A DNA stretch of 64,000 nt. Origin: an uncultured Helicobacter sp. GTDB lineage: Bacteria; Campylobacterota; Campylobacteria; Campylobacterales; Helicobacteraceae. Below are positions 49,461 to 58,192 of the stretch, in pieces; the first letter of the stretch is position 1, and each line of letters starts with the position of its first letter. Where the stretch lies: positions 271 through 64,270 of the forward strand of contig CAMWUR010000004.1 in the NCBI GenBank assembly GCA_947177485.1, given 5' to 3'. The position numbers and the translations under genes are program-made. The notes beneath the pieces are model-generated. The model was not told where the DNA came from. It worked only from the letters and a program-made list of their open reading frames with translations, and did not search any database.

Positions 49461-50435
49461 CTACTCGAGTAAAAACTCATATTCATAGACCTTTGGTTCA
49501 ATCTTTTTGGCGAGATTCTCGAGCTCATAGTTGAGATTCCCAATTAAATCTTTGTAATACGAATCTTTCGCCTTTTGTGGCGGATTCATTCTACCGCTCG
49601 CGCTTAGCCCTTGAAAATATGCCTTGATGTCATAGAGGCTTGCATTGGGATTATAGGGATTCTTAGAATCATGAAAATCTTGGCTATGGTAATATTGCCA
49701 AAGCTTGAGCCCCGCAGCAAAGACTGCCTTTGCCTCTTCGCTAAATTCTAAAGGCTCTGTGGGAATCAGATTTTCAACATAAAACGATTCCTCATCAAAG
49801 CCATTTTGTTCTTTTTTATTATGTTGAGTTGGCGCAACATCTCTCTTAAGGTTTTTGCGAGATTCTTCAGCTAGCGCTTCAGAATGACAAGCGGAGTCTT
49901 GTTTGATTTTGCCACTTATAAAACAAATCATGAAATCACTCTCAAACGCTTCTTTTGCGCCCACATCTGTTTCGGAAAATGGGATAAATGGATTTGTTCC
50001 CTCTTTGCTTGTAATGCGATTCTGCCCATGAAAAAGCATAAACGCGAGGCAATCATTTTGAAACTCTCTATCCTTTGCCCATTCCTTGTTTGGCATTAGG
50101 AATTGGTCGCGGTCGTTTATCCATGTGGCTTTGATACAATGGCGCACGGCGAAGTAAATGGAAACCAACATAATATTGTTTTTGGTAATTTTAAGTTTGG
50201 TTATTCCTTTAGCATTACCAACACCTTTTATAGAATCCCAAAAATTAATATTACAAAAATTACTATTTTGAAAATCTGTTCCTTTGCAACAAATTGTGCA
50301 AAGTTCTTGGGATTGCGTATCAACAAATTGTTTTATCCATTGATTAATGCTTTTTGCCTTGTCGTTTATATAAATCCTCTTTATCCCTAAAAATTCTCCA
50401 TTCCTATCAAACATATCAAGTCCTATTACTTTCAT
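49461..50435 (-). CDS. hypothetical protein; candidate detached target-recognition (C-terminal) part of the upstream nuclease-methylase
   Basis: 324 aa. Its start overlaps the Doc stop (ATGA). I recognised no catalytic motifs. Assigned by context only. Confidence 0.4.
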   Translation of the reverse strand: MKVIGLDMFDRNGEFLGIKRIYINDKAKSINQWIKQFVDTQSQELCTICCKGTDFQNSNFCNINFWDSIKGVGNAKGITKLKITKNNIMLVSIYFAVRHCIKATWINDRDQFLMPNKEWAKDREFQNDCLAFMLFHGQNRITSKEGTNPFIPFSETDVGAKEAFESDFMICFISGKIKQDSACHSEALAEESRKNLKRDVAPTQHNKKEQNGFDEESFYVENLIPTEPLEFSEEAKAVFAAGLKLWQYYHSQDFHDSKNPYNPNASLYDIKAYFQGLSASGRMNPPQKAKDSYYKDLIGNLNYELENLAKKIEPKVYEYEFLLE

Positions 50436-50815
50436 TGTGTCTCCAATAATTTTTTTAGTATTTTTTGTAAATCTTCTTTTGATATTTTGCCCTCTGCTAC
50501 AAAGACTACAATATCTTCTAATCTTTGATAAAAATCATCAGGTAAATGATTGGGACAATTGAGCTCTATAAACGCATTTGCTAGATAAATTGCAGTGCGC
50601 TTGTTTCCATCTGCAAAGGGGTGAAACTTCACACAGGCAAACATTAAATGTGTGAGTTTATCTAAAAAGTGAGGATAAAGTTCATCATTTTGAATTTGAC
50701 TCAAAGCAGAATCTAAAAGCCCGATTTGGCTTTTATTAAAACCCTTCAAGCCCCCCATTATTTCCATAATATCATCATGCAAGATAATTGCTTCATCAAG
50801 TGATAAATATTTCAT
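50432..50815 (-). CDS. Doc (death-on-curing) / Fic-family toxin
   Basis: 127 aa with the HPFADGNKRTA motif. Confidence 0.85.
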   Translation of the reverse strand: MKYLSLDEAIILHDDIMEIMGGLKGFNKSQIGLLDSALSQIQNDELYPHFLDKLTHLMFACVKFHPFADGNKRTAIYLANAFIELNCPNHLPDDFYQRLEDIVVFVAEGKISKEDLQKILKKLLETQ

Positions 50816-51003
50816 TTATCTTTTAATCTCTCAAATACTGCACGATTTTGCGGTTTATTTAGGTTTTGTTTCATTTTTTCTCGCAATAATGAAAATTCTT
50901 CTTTTTCCTCCCCTTTTTCAATAGTAAGTTTTGGATTCAAAGCCTGTAAGCTTTCAATCACTTGCAAAGTTGCAGAATCTACATTTTTAAGCGTTATTGT
51001 CAT
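50812..51003 (-). CDS. antitoxin for Doc carrying the same N-terminal module as the YafQ antitoxins
   Basis: 63 aa, N-terminus MTITLKNVDSATLQVIESLQALNPKL, with a 4-nt overlap with doc. Confidence 0.65.
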   Translation of the reverse strand: MTITLKNVDSATLQVIESLQALNPKLTIEKGEEKEEFSLLREKMKQNLNKPQNRAVFERLKDK

Positions 51004-51028
51004 TTTATCTCCTTTTTGCTATTATCAT

Positions 51029-52699
51029 TTATTGCTTGCCATTTTTGCTCAAATCCCAAACTAAGAATCCAATCGGAAATTGCCCCTTAACATTATCAAA
51101 AGTATCAGCTGGAACAATAAATCCTCCCTTAAACTCTGCCTTGAATAATTCTCTAAATTCAATAAAATTACTTGCATTCAGATATTTAAGTTTAGAAAAA
51201 CTTGCAAGTATGCAGTGTGGAATTTCTAAGTAAGTGCGTATAAAAAATTGCACAAAAAGTTCCCGTGTAGATTTTTTATATTTTTTGCCATATTGTTCCG
51301 AAACAAATGTTTGATTACTAACATTTATCTTGTTATTTGTTGTTTGTGTTATGGTTTTTGTACTAGCAGCTTCCGCATACGGCGGGTTGATAAAGATGAT
51401 GAGCTTTTTGCGTTTTTCTTTATCTTTGAGAATTTCTTGCAATTTTTTTGGAAGTTTAGAGTTTTGGCAGTTTCTGCAAGTAGAATCCAGCTTATCTTTA
51501 TGTTTTTCACAAGGCTTGTCGAAAAAACAATCATTCAAAAAATCAAATTGGAAAATGTGCCTTTCTAAAAGTGGCAAATGCTGATTTTTTGCAAGCTCTT
51601 TCATAATCTCCACATCTGCCTTATCGAGCGTTGAGGCATAAAAATTGCGTGGTTCGGTGAGGTTTGCAAACAGATTCCCTGTCCCTGCGGCACAATCCCA
51701 GACAATGTATTCACTCTGCCAATCTTCGCCTAACGCTTTAACAAGGTATTCTTGCGCCTTTTGCACCCAAACTTGTGGCGTAAAAAACGCCCCCTTGCGC
51801 TCGCGAATATCACTAGGCACGAGCAAATCGCGCCTATCGATGATATAATCCCAATAGATTTCTTTTGGAGGGCGCTCGTAGAGATTCCAAAACTCATTAT
51901 GGGCTTTTTGATTGTCTCTAAACGTTGCTGTGTCCTTTTGCTCCGACCCCATGAACGTGATGATTTTATTAAACTCATAATGTGTTTTTCTAAGCACAAC
52001 AAAGAGTTTATCTAGTAGGCTTTGATTCTCGATACTTAGCAAATCGGCGAGATAGAAATCCGCGTCCAAAATGCCCGAGCTTTTGGCAAGATTCCAATCA
52101 ATGCTAATAGAATCCTTCACACTTAAAAGCCATTTTTGATAAACATTTGTGAAATTATTCTTTGTGATTTGAATCCTATGCACATGCTCATTTTCGAGCG
52201 TGAAATTCTCCCTGATAAACTCGCGCAATTCTTTAGAATCATGCTCAAAATCAAATTGCAATTTCTTGGATTCCAAAATATCTTTTGACTTTGCATAGAG
52301 TTGCCTAAATTCCTTCGTGCTGTGGTCGCTCGGTGCGACATTCCAATTAAAATCATTTTGGCTAAAAATATCCATGATTTCATAATACGGAATAAACGCG
52401 ATTTTCTCGCAATCAAACGCGCCCAAGAAAAGCGGCGGGAGCTCGTTTTCAAATGTTCTTTCCTTGCCAATCGTTAGAATCAGCTGCACAAACGATTCCA
52501 CAATATCCGCTTTATTCCCCCTCTTTGCCTCTGCCCAAAGAAAATGGATTGCCTGAAACAATGTCTTGGCGCGATACGACACGCAAAAATCAATTTTGCC
52601 CATCGTTGACATGTCCAATCCCTTGAAAAAATCATGCGCGATATGGTTTTTCAAATCCTCTTCAGGCATATTTTGCGCATACATCAACCCCTCCTTCAC
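51029..52699 (-). CDS. gamma-class N6-adenine methyltransferase domain fused to an N-terminal PD-(D/E)xK-like region (type IIG/IIL-like, lacking a TRD)
   Basis: 556 aa with GAFFTPQVWV, VWDCAAGTGNL (motif I) and FINPPYAEA (motif IV). The N-terminus has IDF-x17-WAEAK (D-x19-E-x-K). Confidence 0.7.
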   Translation of the reverse strand: MKEGLMYAQNMPEEDLKNHIAHDFFKGLDMSTMGKIDFCVSYRAKTLFQAIHFLWAEAKRGNKADIVESFVQLILTIGKERTFENELPPLFLGAFDCEKIAFIPYYEIMDIFSQNDFNWNVAPSDHSTKEFRQLYAKSKDILESKKLQFDFEHDSKELREFIRENFTLENEHVHRIQITKNNFTNVYQKWLLSVKDSISIDWNLAKSSGILDADFYLADLLSIENQSLLDKLFVVLRKTHYEFNKIITFMGSEQKDTATFRDNQKAHNEFWNLYERPPKEIYWDYIIDRRDLLVPSDIRERKGAFFTPQVWVQKAQEYLVKALGEDWQSEYIVWDCAAGTGNLFANLTEPRNFYASTLDKADVEIMKELAKNQHLPLLERHIFQFDFLNDCFFDKPCEKHKDKLDSTCRNCQNSKLPKKLQEILKDKEKRKKLIIFINPPYAEAASTKTITQTTNNKINVSNQTFVSEQYGKKYKKSTRELFVQFFIRTYLEIPHCILASFSKLKYLNASNFIEFRELFKAEFKGGFIVPADTFDNVKGQFPIGFLVWDLSKNGKQ

Positions 52700-52714
52700 A
52701 GCGACTTTGCCAAA

Positions 52715-53359
52715 TCACCCCATACGCGCGAGCCAAAAATCGATGTTTTGGCATTCCTCGCTTGCTATGGTGGAAGCGCCGTGCCCGGGATAGATGGGTT
52801 TGTTTGCACGTTCACTTTTGGCATTGCACCAAACTTGGAATCGCAACAGGCTCTGTTTCATCTCGCTTTCGGACGAGTAGGGGAAGTCATAGCGTCCAAT
52901 CGAGCGATGAAAGATAAAATCGCCACTAAAGATTCCCACATCGGTTTCGATGATGCAACAGCCCGGCGTGTGCCCGGGGAAATGCCAGTAGCGCACTTCA
53001 ATGTCACCAAAGCGCAGGCTCTCGCCGTCATTTTGCACCAAGTGCGTGGGCGCGGAGCAGGGGAGATTGAGCCCGAAGCAATCCTCGCGCAGCATAAACG
53101 CATCGCCGGCATGCACAATCAGCGGAATCCCTGCATAGACACTTTGCAGCTCCTGATTGCTCCAAATATGGTCAAAATGCCCATGCGTGTTCAGAATCGC
53201 AAGCGGGTTGTGGCAGTTTTCGCACACCCATTTTGTCGCGCCCATTCCAGGGTCGATAATGAGTTCGCCAGAATCAAAGACAAGAATATAACAATTTGTT
53301 TGGTATTCGCCAAAGGCGTGCATAAGTAGGCGAGGCGAAGAATGTTGAGATTGTGACAT
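52715..53359 (-). CDS. MBL-fold metallo-hydrolase (glyoxalase II-like)
   Basis: 214 aa with the NTHGHFDH motif. Confidence 0.85.
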   Translation of the reverse strand: MSQSQHSSPRLLMHAFGEYQTNCYILVFDSGELIIDPGMGATKWVCENCHNPLAILNTHGHFDHIWSNQELQSVYAGIPLIVHAGDAFMLREDCFGLNLPCSAPTHLVQNDGESLRFGDIEVRYWHFPGHTPGCCIIETDVGIFSGDFIFHRSIGRYDFPYSSESEMKQSLLRFQVWCNAKSERANKPIYPGHGASTIASEECQNIDFWLARMG

Positions 53360-53435
53360 ATTGTTCCTTGCAACTTTTTGCTATTTTATCCAAGACATGG
53401 TAACATATAGCTTTTTATTCAGTTTTGAGGAAAAC

Positions 53436-54590
53436 ATGCAATTAGACGAATGGCAATCAACAAAACGGCAGCCAGAACAGCGATTCTATGCAGCCAAAGA
53501 GGACTTTCGCGACCCATTCTCTCGCGACCGCGACAGGATTATCCATTGTTCCTCGTTTCGGCGGCTTGAATACAAAACGCAGGTTTTTCTCAATAGTGTG
53601 GGTGATTTTTTTCGCACGCGCCTCACGCATTCGCTCGAAGTCAGCCAGATTGCGCGTTCGATTGCCAAGCAGCTTGGGCTTTGTGAATCGCTTTGCGAAG
53701 CCATTGCGCTCGCACATGATTTGGGGCACACACCCTTTGGGCATGCGGGCGGTGATGAGCTCGATTCTGTGTTACGTTGTCATTCCCAATGCAACGGCGC
53801 GCGATTTGACCACAACTTCCAGTCGTTTCGTGTGGTACAAAAACTCGAAAAGCGCTACAAGGATTTTGATGGCTTGAATCTCACCTTTGCGACTTTGGAA
53901 GGAATCCTCAAACATTCTGCACCCTATCGCAAAGATTTTTTCAATACCGAACTTGCAGCCTATCTCGATGCGCATTTTCAGCTTGATTTGCACCCAAGCC
54001 TCGAGGCAATCGTGGTGGATTGCGCCGATGAAATCGCGTATATCAGCCATGACATCGATGATGGCTTGAAATGTGGCTTTTTGCGCTTTGATTCCATTCG
54101 TGACAACGCATTCGTGCAAAATGCGCTTGTTTTGGTGCAGAATGAGGGCATTTGCGAGGGGGATTCGGTGTTTCAGGCGCGGTTTGTAACGGCGCTTATT
54201 CATGTGGCGATTACGAGTCTGATTGCCCATTCATCGCACTCGCCTTATCTAAAATCAGCAAGTAAAGCGCCGCAATGCGCACAGATTCCAAGCGATTGCG
54301 ACCATGGAATCGGGCTTGCGCCCGAGCTCGATGCGCCTTTTTTGGAGCTGAAAAAAATATTATTTCAAGAACTCTATTACCATGACGCCGTGAAGCGCAA
54401 AATGGCATTTGGCAAGCGCTGTGTGCGCGCGCTGTTTGAGGATTTGATGAACGACACGCGCCTGCTCGAAGCGCCCTATCGCGCTCGGATTGATGCGGGT
54501 GCAAAGCTGCACCGTGTGGTTGCGGATTTTATCGCGAGCTTGAGCGACCGCAGCGCTGTGAGATTGTATCAAGAATTGCATTTGGGCTAA
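53436..54590 (+). CDS. dgt: dGTPase-like HD-domain triphosphohydrolase
   Basis: ORF 53361..54590 trimmed to the ATG at 53436 (GAGG SD). Contains RLTHSLEV and HDLGHTPFGH. Confidence 0.85.
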   Translation: MQLDEWQSTKRQPEQRFYAAKEDFRDPFSRDRDRIIHCSSFRRLEYKTQVFLNSVGDFFRTRLTHSLEVSQIARSIAKQLGLCESLCEAIALAHDLGHTPFGHAGGDELDSVLRCHSQCNGARFDHNFQSFRVVQKLEKRYKDFDGLNLTFATLEGILKHSAPYRKDFFNTELAAYLDAHFQLDLHPSLEAIVVDCADEIAYISHDIDDGLKCGFLRFDSIRDNAFVQNALVLVQNEGICEGDSVFQARFVTALIHVAITSLIAHSSHSPYLKSASKAPQCAQIPSDCDHGIGLAPELDAPFLELKKILFQELYYHDAVKRKMAFGKRCVRALFEDLMNDTRLLEAPYRARIDAGAKLHRVVADFIASLSDRSAVRLYQELHLG

Positions 54591-54600
54591 AGGAGAGAGA

Positions 54601-55776
54601 ATGACATATCAAGAAAAGGATTTGCAATATGTCCTGCATACCTACAAACGCAATCCCATTTGTTTTGACAGAGGCAAGGGGGCGGTGCTGTATGCGGGCG
54701 ATTCGGATTATATCGACTTCATGGCTGGAATCGCCGTTTGTAGCGTTGGGCATGGCAATGAAAGGCTCGCGCAGGCGCTGTATGACCAAGCCTTGAAGCT
54801 CATTCATGTGAGCAATCTATATGGAATCACCAATCAAGCCGAGCTCGCCGAGCGCATCGTGAATCTAAGCGGTTTGGACGCACGCATTTTTTTCTGCAAC
54901 TCGGGCGCAGAGGCGAACGAAGCGGCGATTAAGATTGCGCGCAAAAACGGCGAGGCGCAGAATCGATTCAAGATTATTTCGTTGCGCCAATCGTTCCATG
55001 GGCGCACAATTGCCACGCTCAAAGCCACAGGGCAGGAGAAAATGCATGCACATTTCGCGCCCTATCCCGATGGATTCGTGCATGCTGACAATCTCGCACA
55101 TGTGCAACAGCTGCTCGATGACCAAACGGCGGCTGTGCTGCTCGAACTCATCAAGGGCGAAGGCGGGATTGAATGCCTCAATCAATCTGAAATGCATGCG
55201 CTTGCAAAGACGCTCAAGGAACGTGGGATTCTGCTCATGATTGATGAGGTGCAAAGCGGAATCTACCGCAGCGGCGAGTTTCTCGCGAGCAATCTCTATG
55301 GTTTGCAGCCTGATGTTGTTACGCTCGCAAAGGGGCTTGCTGGGGGTGTGCCGATTGGCGCTGTGCTCACAACGCTCAAAGATATTTTTGCGCCCGGCGA
55401 CCATGGCAGCACATTTGGTGGCAATCCTCTCGCTACACGTGCGGCTTTGTGCGTGCTCGAACTCTTGCAAAACGAAAAAGATTCCAAGCGCCTCGCAGGG
55501 CGAATCGAGCTCTTTTGGCAAAAGCTTGCGCAGATGTGCGAGAAATTCCCGCAGCTTTTTGCGCGCAGAGTTGGAATCGGACTCATGTGTGGGTTGCAAT
55601 GTGCGCGCGATGAGCTGCAAACGCACGTGATTGAAAAATGCTTCGCGCACCGCGTGCTTGTCTTGCGCTCGGGCGTAAATGTTGTGCGCTTTGTGCCGCC
55701 GCTTACAATCAACGAGAACGAAATCAACGAGGGCTTTGCACGTTTTGAAGCTGCATGCGCAACGATTGAGCCATAG
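54601..55776 (+). CDS. argD: class III aminotransferase (acetylornithine aminotransferase-like)
   Basis: 391 aa with SFHGRT, DEVQSG and TLAKGLAGG. Confidence 0.8.
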   Translation: MTYQEKDLQYVLHTYKRNPICFDRGKGAVLYAGDSDYIDFMAGIAVCSVGHGNERLAQALYDQALKLIHVSNLYGITNQAELAERIVNLSGLDARIFFCNSGAEANEAAIKIARKNGEAQNRFKIISLRQSFHGRTIATLKATGQEKMHAHFAPYPDGFVHADNLAHVQQLLDDQTAAVLLELIKGEGGIECLNQSEMHALAKTLKERGILLMIDEVQSGIYRSGEFLASNLYGLQPDVVTLAKGLAGGVPIGAVLTTLKDIFAPGDHGSTFGGNPLATRAALCVLELLQNEKDSKRLAGRIELFWQKLAQMCEKFPQLFARRVGIGLMCGLQCARDELQTHVIEKCFAHRVLVLRSGVNVVRFVPPLTINENEINEGFARFEAACATIEP

Positions 55777-55787
55777 CGGACTTTTGC

Positions 55788-56843
55788 GTGGAATTTTTTG
55801 CAGATTCGATGCACCGTGCGCTCTATGGCGAAAATGGCTATTATCAGCACGCAAAGATTGGCAAAGAGGGCGATTTCTATACGTCCGTGTCGGCGGGCGA
55901 GCTGTTTGGCGACACCATCGCTGCTTTGATTGCGCAGAGTTTTGAGCAATGTGGTTTTCCGCGTACAATCGTTGAGATTGGTGCTGATAGGGGCTATTTG
56001 CTTGCCGACATCATGCGCTATTTGCAACGTTTTTTTCCACATGTTTTTGAATCTCTCGCATTTGTCATTATCGAGCCGCTATCGATTTTGGCGCAAAAGC
56101 AGCGCGCGTATTTTGACACATTGGGTTTGCATGTGCGCATCGTGGAATCGGCAGAGACGTTCGATAGCCCGCTATTTGTCGCTAATGAATTGTTTGATGC
56201 TATGCCATGTGATTTGTTGCGCCACGAATCGGGTGCATATACATTTGGAATGTTTGAGAATCAAAAATTTGCATTTATGCCCTTGAGCACGCTAAGTAGC
56301 GAGCAGGCAGACTATGCGCGGCAGCTTGTTGAGGTTGCGCAGCGGTTTTGTGTTGTTTGTGGCGAGATTCCGCTTGCCTATCTGCCGTTTTTGGAGCAGC
56401 TTTTGACACAGCAAGAACATTGGGCATTTTTGACGTTTGATTATGGCGAGCGGGGCTTTAGCAACGCATTTTCGTTGCGCTTTTTTAAAGAATCGGCAAT
56501 TTTTGGCTTTGATGATTTTATGCGCAATCCCCACGCATTTTTGGGCAATGCGGACATCACATACGATGTTGCGTGGGAGTATGTCCAATGGCTTTTTGAA
56601 CGTTTTGGTGGGGCTTGTGTGCTCTATGGTCGGCAAAACACGATTCTATTGCGCTTGGGATTGGTCGAGGTTTTCGAGCGCATTGTTGCGGGGCTTTCGC
56701 CCGAAAAACGGGAATATATTCATTATGCCTCCACGTTGAAGACATTGATTTCTCCCACACTTTTGGGTGAGCGATTCAAGGGTGCACTCTATGTTGCAAA
56801 CGCGCTGCAATCAGAATTTGCAGCTTTTTTGAAAACCCCTTGA
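55788..56843 (+). CDS. SAM-dependent methyltransferase, DUF185/MidA family
   Basis: 351 aa with the MidA-like N-terminus YGENGYY..IGKEGDFYTS. GTG start (alternative ATG at 55809). Confidence 0.65.
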   Translation: MEFFADSMHRALYGENGYYQHAKIGKEGDFYTSVSAGELFGDTIAALIAQSFEQCGFPRTIVEIGADRGYLLADIMRYLQRFFPHVFESLAFVIIEPLSILAQKQRAYFDTLGLHVRIVESAETFDSPLFVANELFDAMPCDLLRHESGAYTFGMFENQKFAFMPLSTLSSEQADYARQLVEVAQRFCVVCGEIPLAYLPFLEQLLTQQEHWAFLTFDYGERGFSNAFSLRFFKESAIFGFDDFMRNPHAFLGNADITYDVAWEYVQWLFERFGGACVLYGRQNTILLRLGLVEVFERIVAGLSPEKREYIHYASTLKTLISPTLLGERFKGALYVANALQSEFAAFLKTP

Positions 56844-56888
56844 CAAACGCAAAAAATTGCGATAGAATGCGGTTTCTACTTTGAATAT

Positions 56889-56963
56889 TCCGGATTAGCT
56901 CAGCGGTAGAGTAGGTGGCTGTTAACCACTTGGTCGCAGGTTCGAATCCTGCATCCGGAGCCA
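56889..56963 (+). tRNA. tRNA-Asn (GTT)
   Basis: Cloverleaf folded by hand: acceptor TCCGGAT/ATCCGGA, anticodon loop CTGTTAA, T-loop TTCGAAT, encoded CCA. Confidence 0.9.
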
Positions 56964-57011
56964 TATCCCCTTTGTGTATGTTTATTGATTATTGTCTGTT
57001 CTATTGTTCTT

Positions 57012-57087
57012 GGTCGCGTAGCTCAGTTGGTAGAGCACTACCTTGACATGGTAGTGGTCGCTGGTTCAAGTCCAGTCGTGGCCACCA
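57012..57087 (+). tRNA. tRNA-Val (GAC)
   Basis: Acceptor GGTCGCG/CGTGGCC, anticodon stem CTACC/GGTAG with loop TTGACAT, encoded CCA. Confidence 0.9.
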
Positions 57088-57217
57088 TTGCAGATGATAC
57101 GAAATGTTACGAATCGAAACAAGCCTCTGCTTCTGATATTCCCAAAAATTACAGCACTTTTTAAGGGCGATTTGCCTAGAATTATTCATGACTATTAAGA
57201 AAACAAAAGGAGAAGCT

Positions 57218-57778
57218 ATGCTAGAAATTCGATGGCATAGCCGCGCAGGACAAGGTGCGGTTACGGGGGCAAAAGGGCTGGCTGATGTCTTTGCTAAAAC
57301 GGGCAAAGAGGTGCAGGCTTTTGCGTTCTATGGTTCAGCAAAACGTGGTGCGGCAATGACGGCATATAATCGTGTTGATGATAATGAGATTCTAAATTAC
57401 GAGAAATTTATGAATCCTGATTATGTCTTGGTCATTGACCCGGGATTAGTTTTTATCACCAATATTTGTGAGAACGAAAAACCCGAGACGCAATATATCA
57501 TCACAACCCATTTAAGCAAAGACGAGCTCATCGAGCGCAAGCCCGAGCTTGCTGGCAAAAAAGTCCATACGCTTGATTGTATCAAAATCTCGCTTGAAAC
57601 AATTGGGAAATCTGTCCCCAATGCACCGATGCTTGGTGCGCTTATCAAGGTTTCTGGGGAATTAGAACTGGATTTTTTTCTTGAGGCTTTTAAGAAGGTC
57701 TTAGGCAAAAAACTCCCACAAAGCGTCATTGACGCGAACATGGTCGCCATTACGCGTGCATATAACGAAGTGTCTTAA
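57218..57778 (+). CDS. porC: pyruvate:ferredoxin/flavodoxin oxidoreductase gamma subunit
   Basis: ORF 57188..57778. The start MLEIRWHSRAGQGAVTGAKG follows AAGGAG. 186 aa, as in H. pylori PorC. Confidence 0.9.
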   Translation: MLEIRWHSRAGQGAVTGAKGLADVFAKTGKEVQAFAFYGSAKRGAAMTAYNRVDDNEILNYEKFMNPDYVLVIDPGLVFITNICENEKPETQYIITTHLSKDELIERKPELAGKKVHTLDCIKISLETIGKSVPNAPMLGALIKVSGELELDFFLEAFKKVLGKKLPQSVIDANMVAITRAYNEVS

Positions 57779-57787
57779 GGAGTGAGA

Positions 57788-58192
57788 ATGGAAAAACTGA
57801 AAGGTTGGAATGAATTTGAAATTGGGACATTGCTATTCCCATTTGAGAATCAAGCAAACGAGAATTTGGACAAGCATGCAAGTGAGCGCGTTTATCGTAA
57901 GGATAGCTCCTATACAGCGAGTGTGGCGCATTGGCGTGTCAATAAGCCTGTTTATAATCATGACCATTGTATCAATTGTTTCAATTGCTGGGTGTTCTGT
58001 CCCGATGCGTCCATATTGGCGCGCGATGACAAAATGAGTGGGGTGGATTATGTCCATTGCAAGGGCTGTGGTGTTTGTGCGCAGGTTTGCCCCACAAATC
58101 CCAAATCGCTGATTATGTTCTCGGATTATATGAGTGAGGAAGATGCGCTTGCGCAATGGCCTGCAAAAGAATCAAAAGCAAAGGAGGCATAA
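57788..58192 (+). CDS. porD: pyruvate:ferredoxin oxidoreductase delta subunit (2x[4Fe-4S])
   Basis: Contains CINCFNCWVFCP and CKGCGVCAQVCP. The ATG at 57788 follows AAGGAG. Confidence 0.9.
   Translation: MEKLKGWNEFEIGTLLFPFENQANENLDKHASERVYRKDSSYTASVAHWRVNKPVYNHDHCINCFNCWVFCPDASILARDDKMSGVDYVHCKGCGVCAQVCPTNPKSLIMFSDYMSEEDALAQWPAKESKAKEA

Noticed and set aside
36095-52714. Classical mobile-element machinery (IS transposase, integrase, inverted terminal repeats) and CRISPR arrays in the AT-rich islands.
   Set aside because: No ORF shows DDE, tyrosine- or serine-recombinase motifs. No regularly spaced direct repeats were seen. The only repeats are the long direct duplications of gene 3' ends described above.
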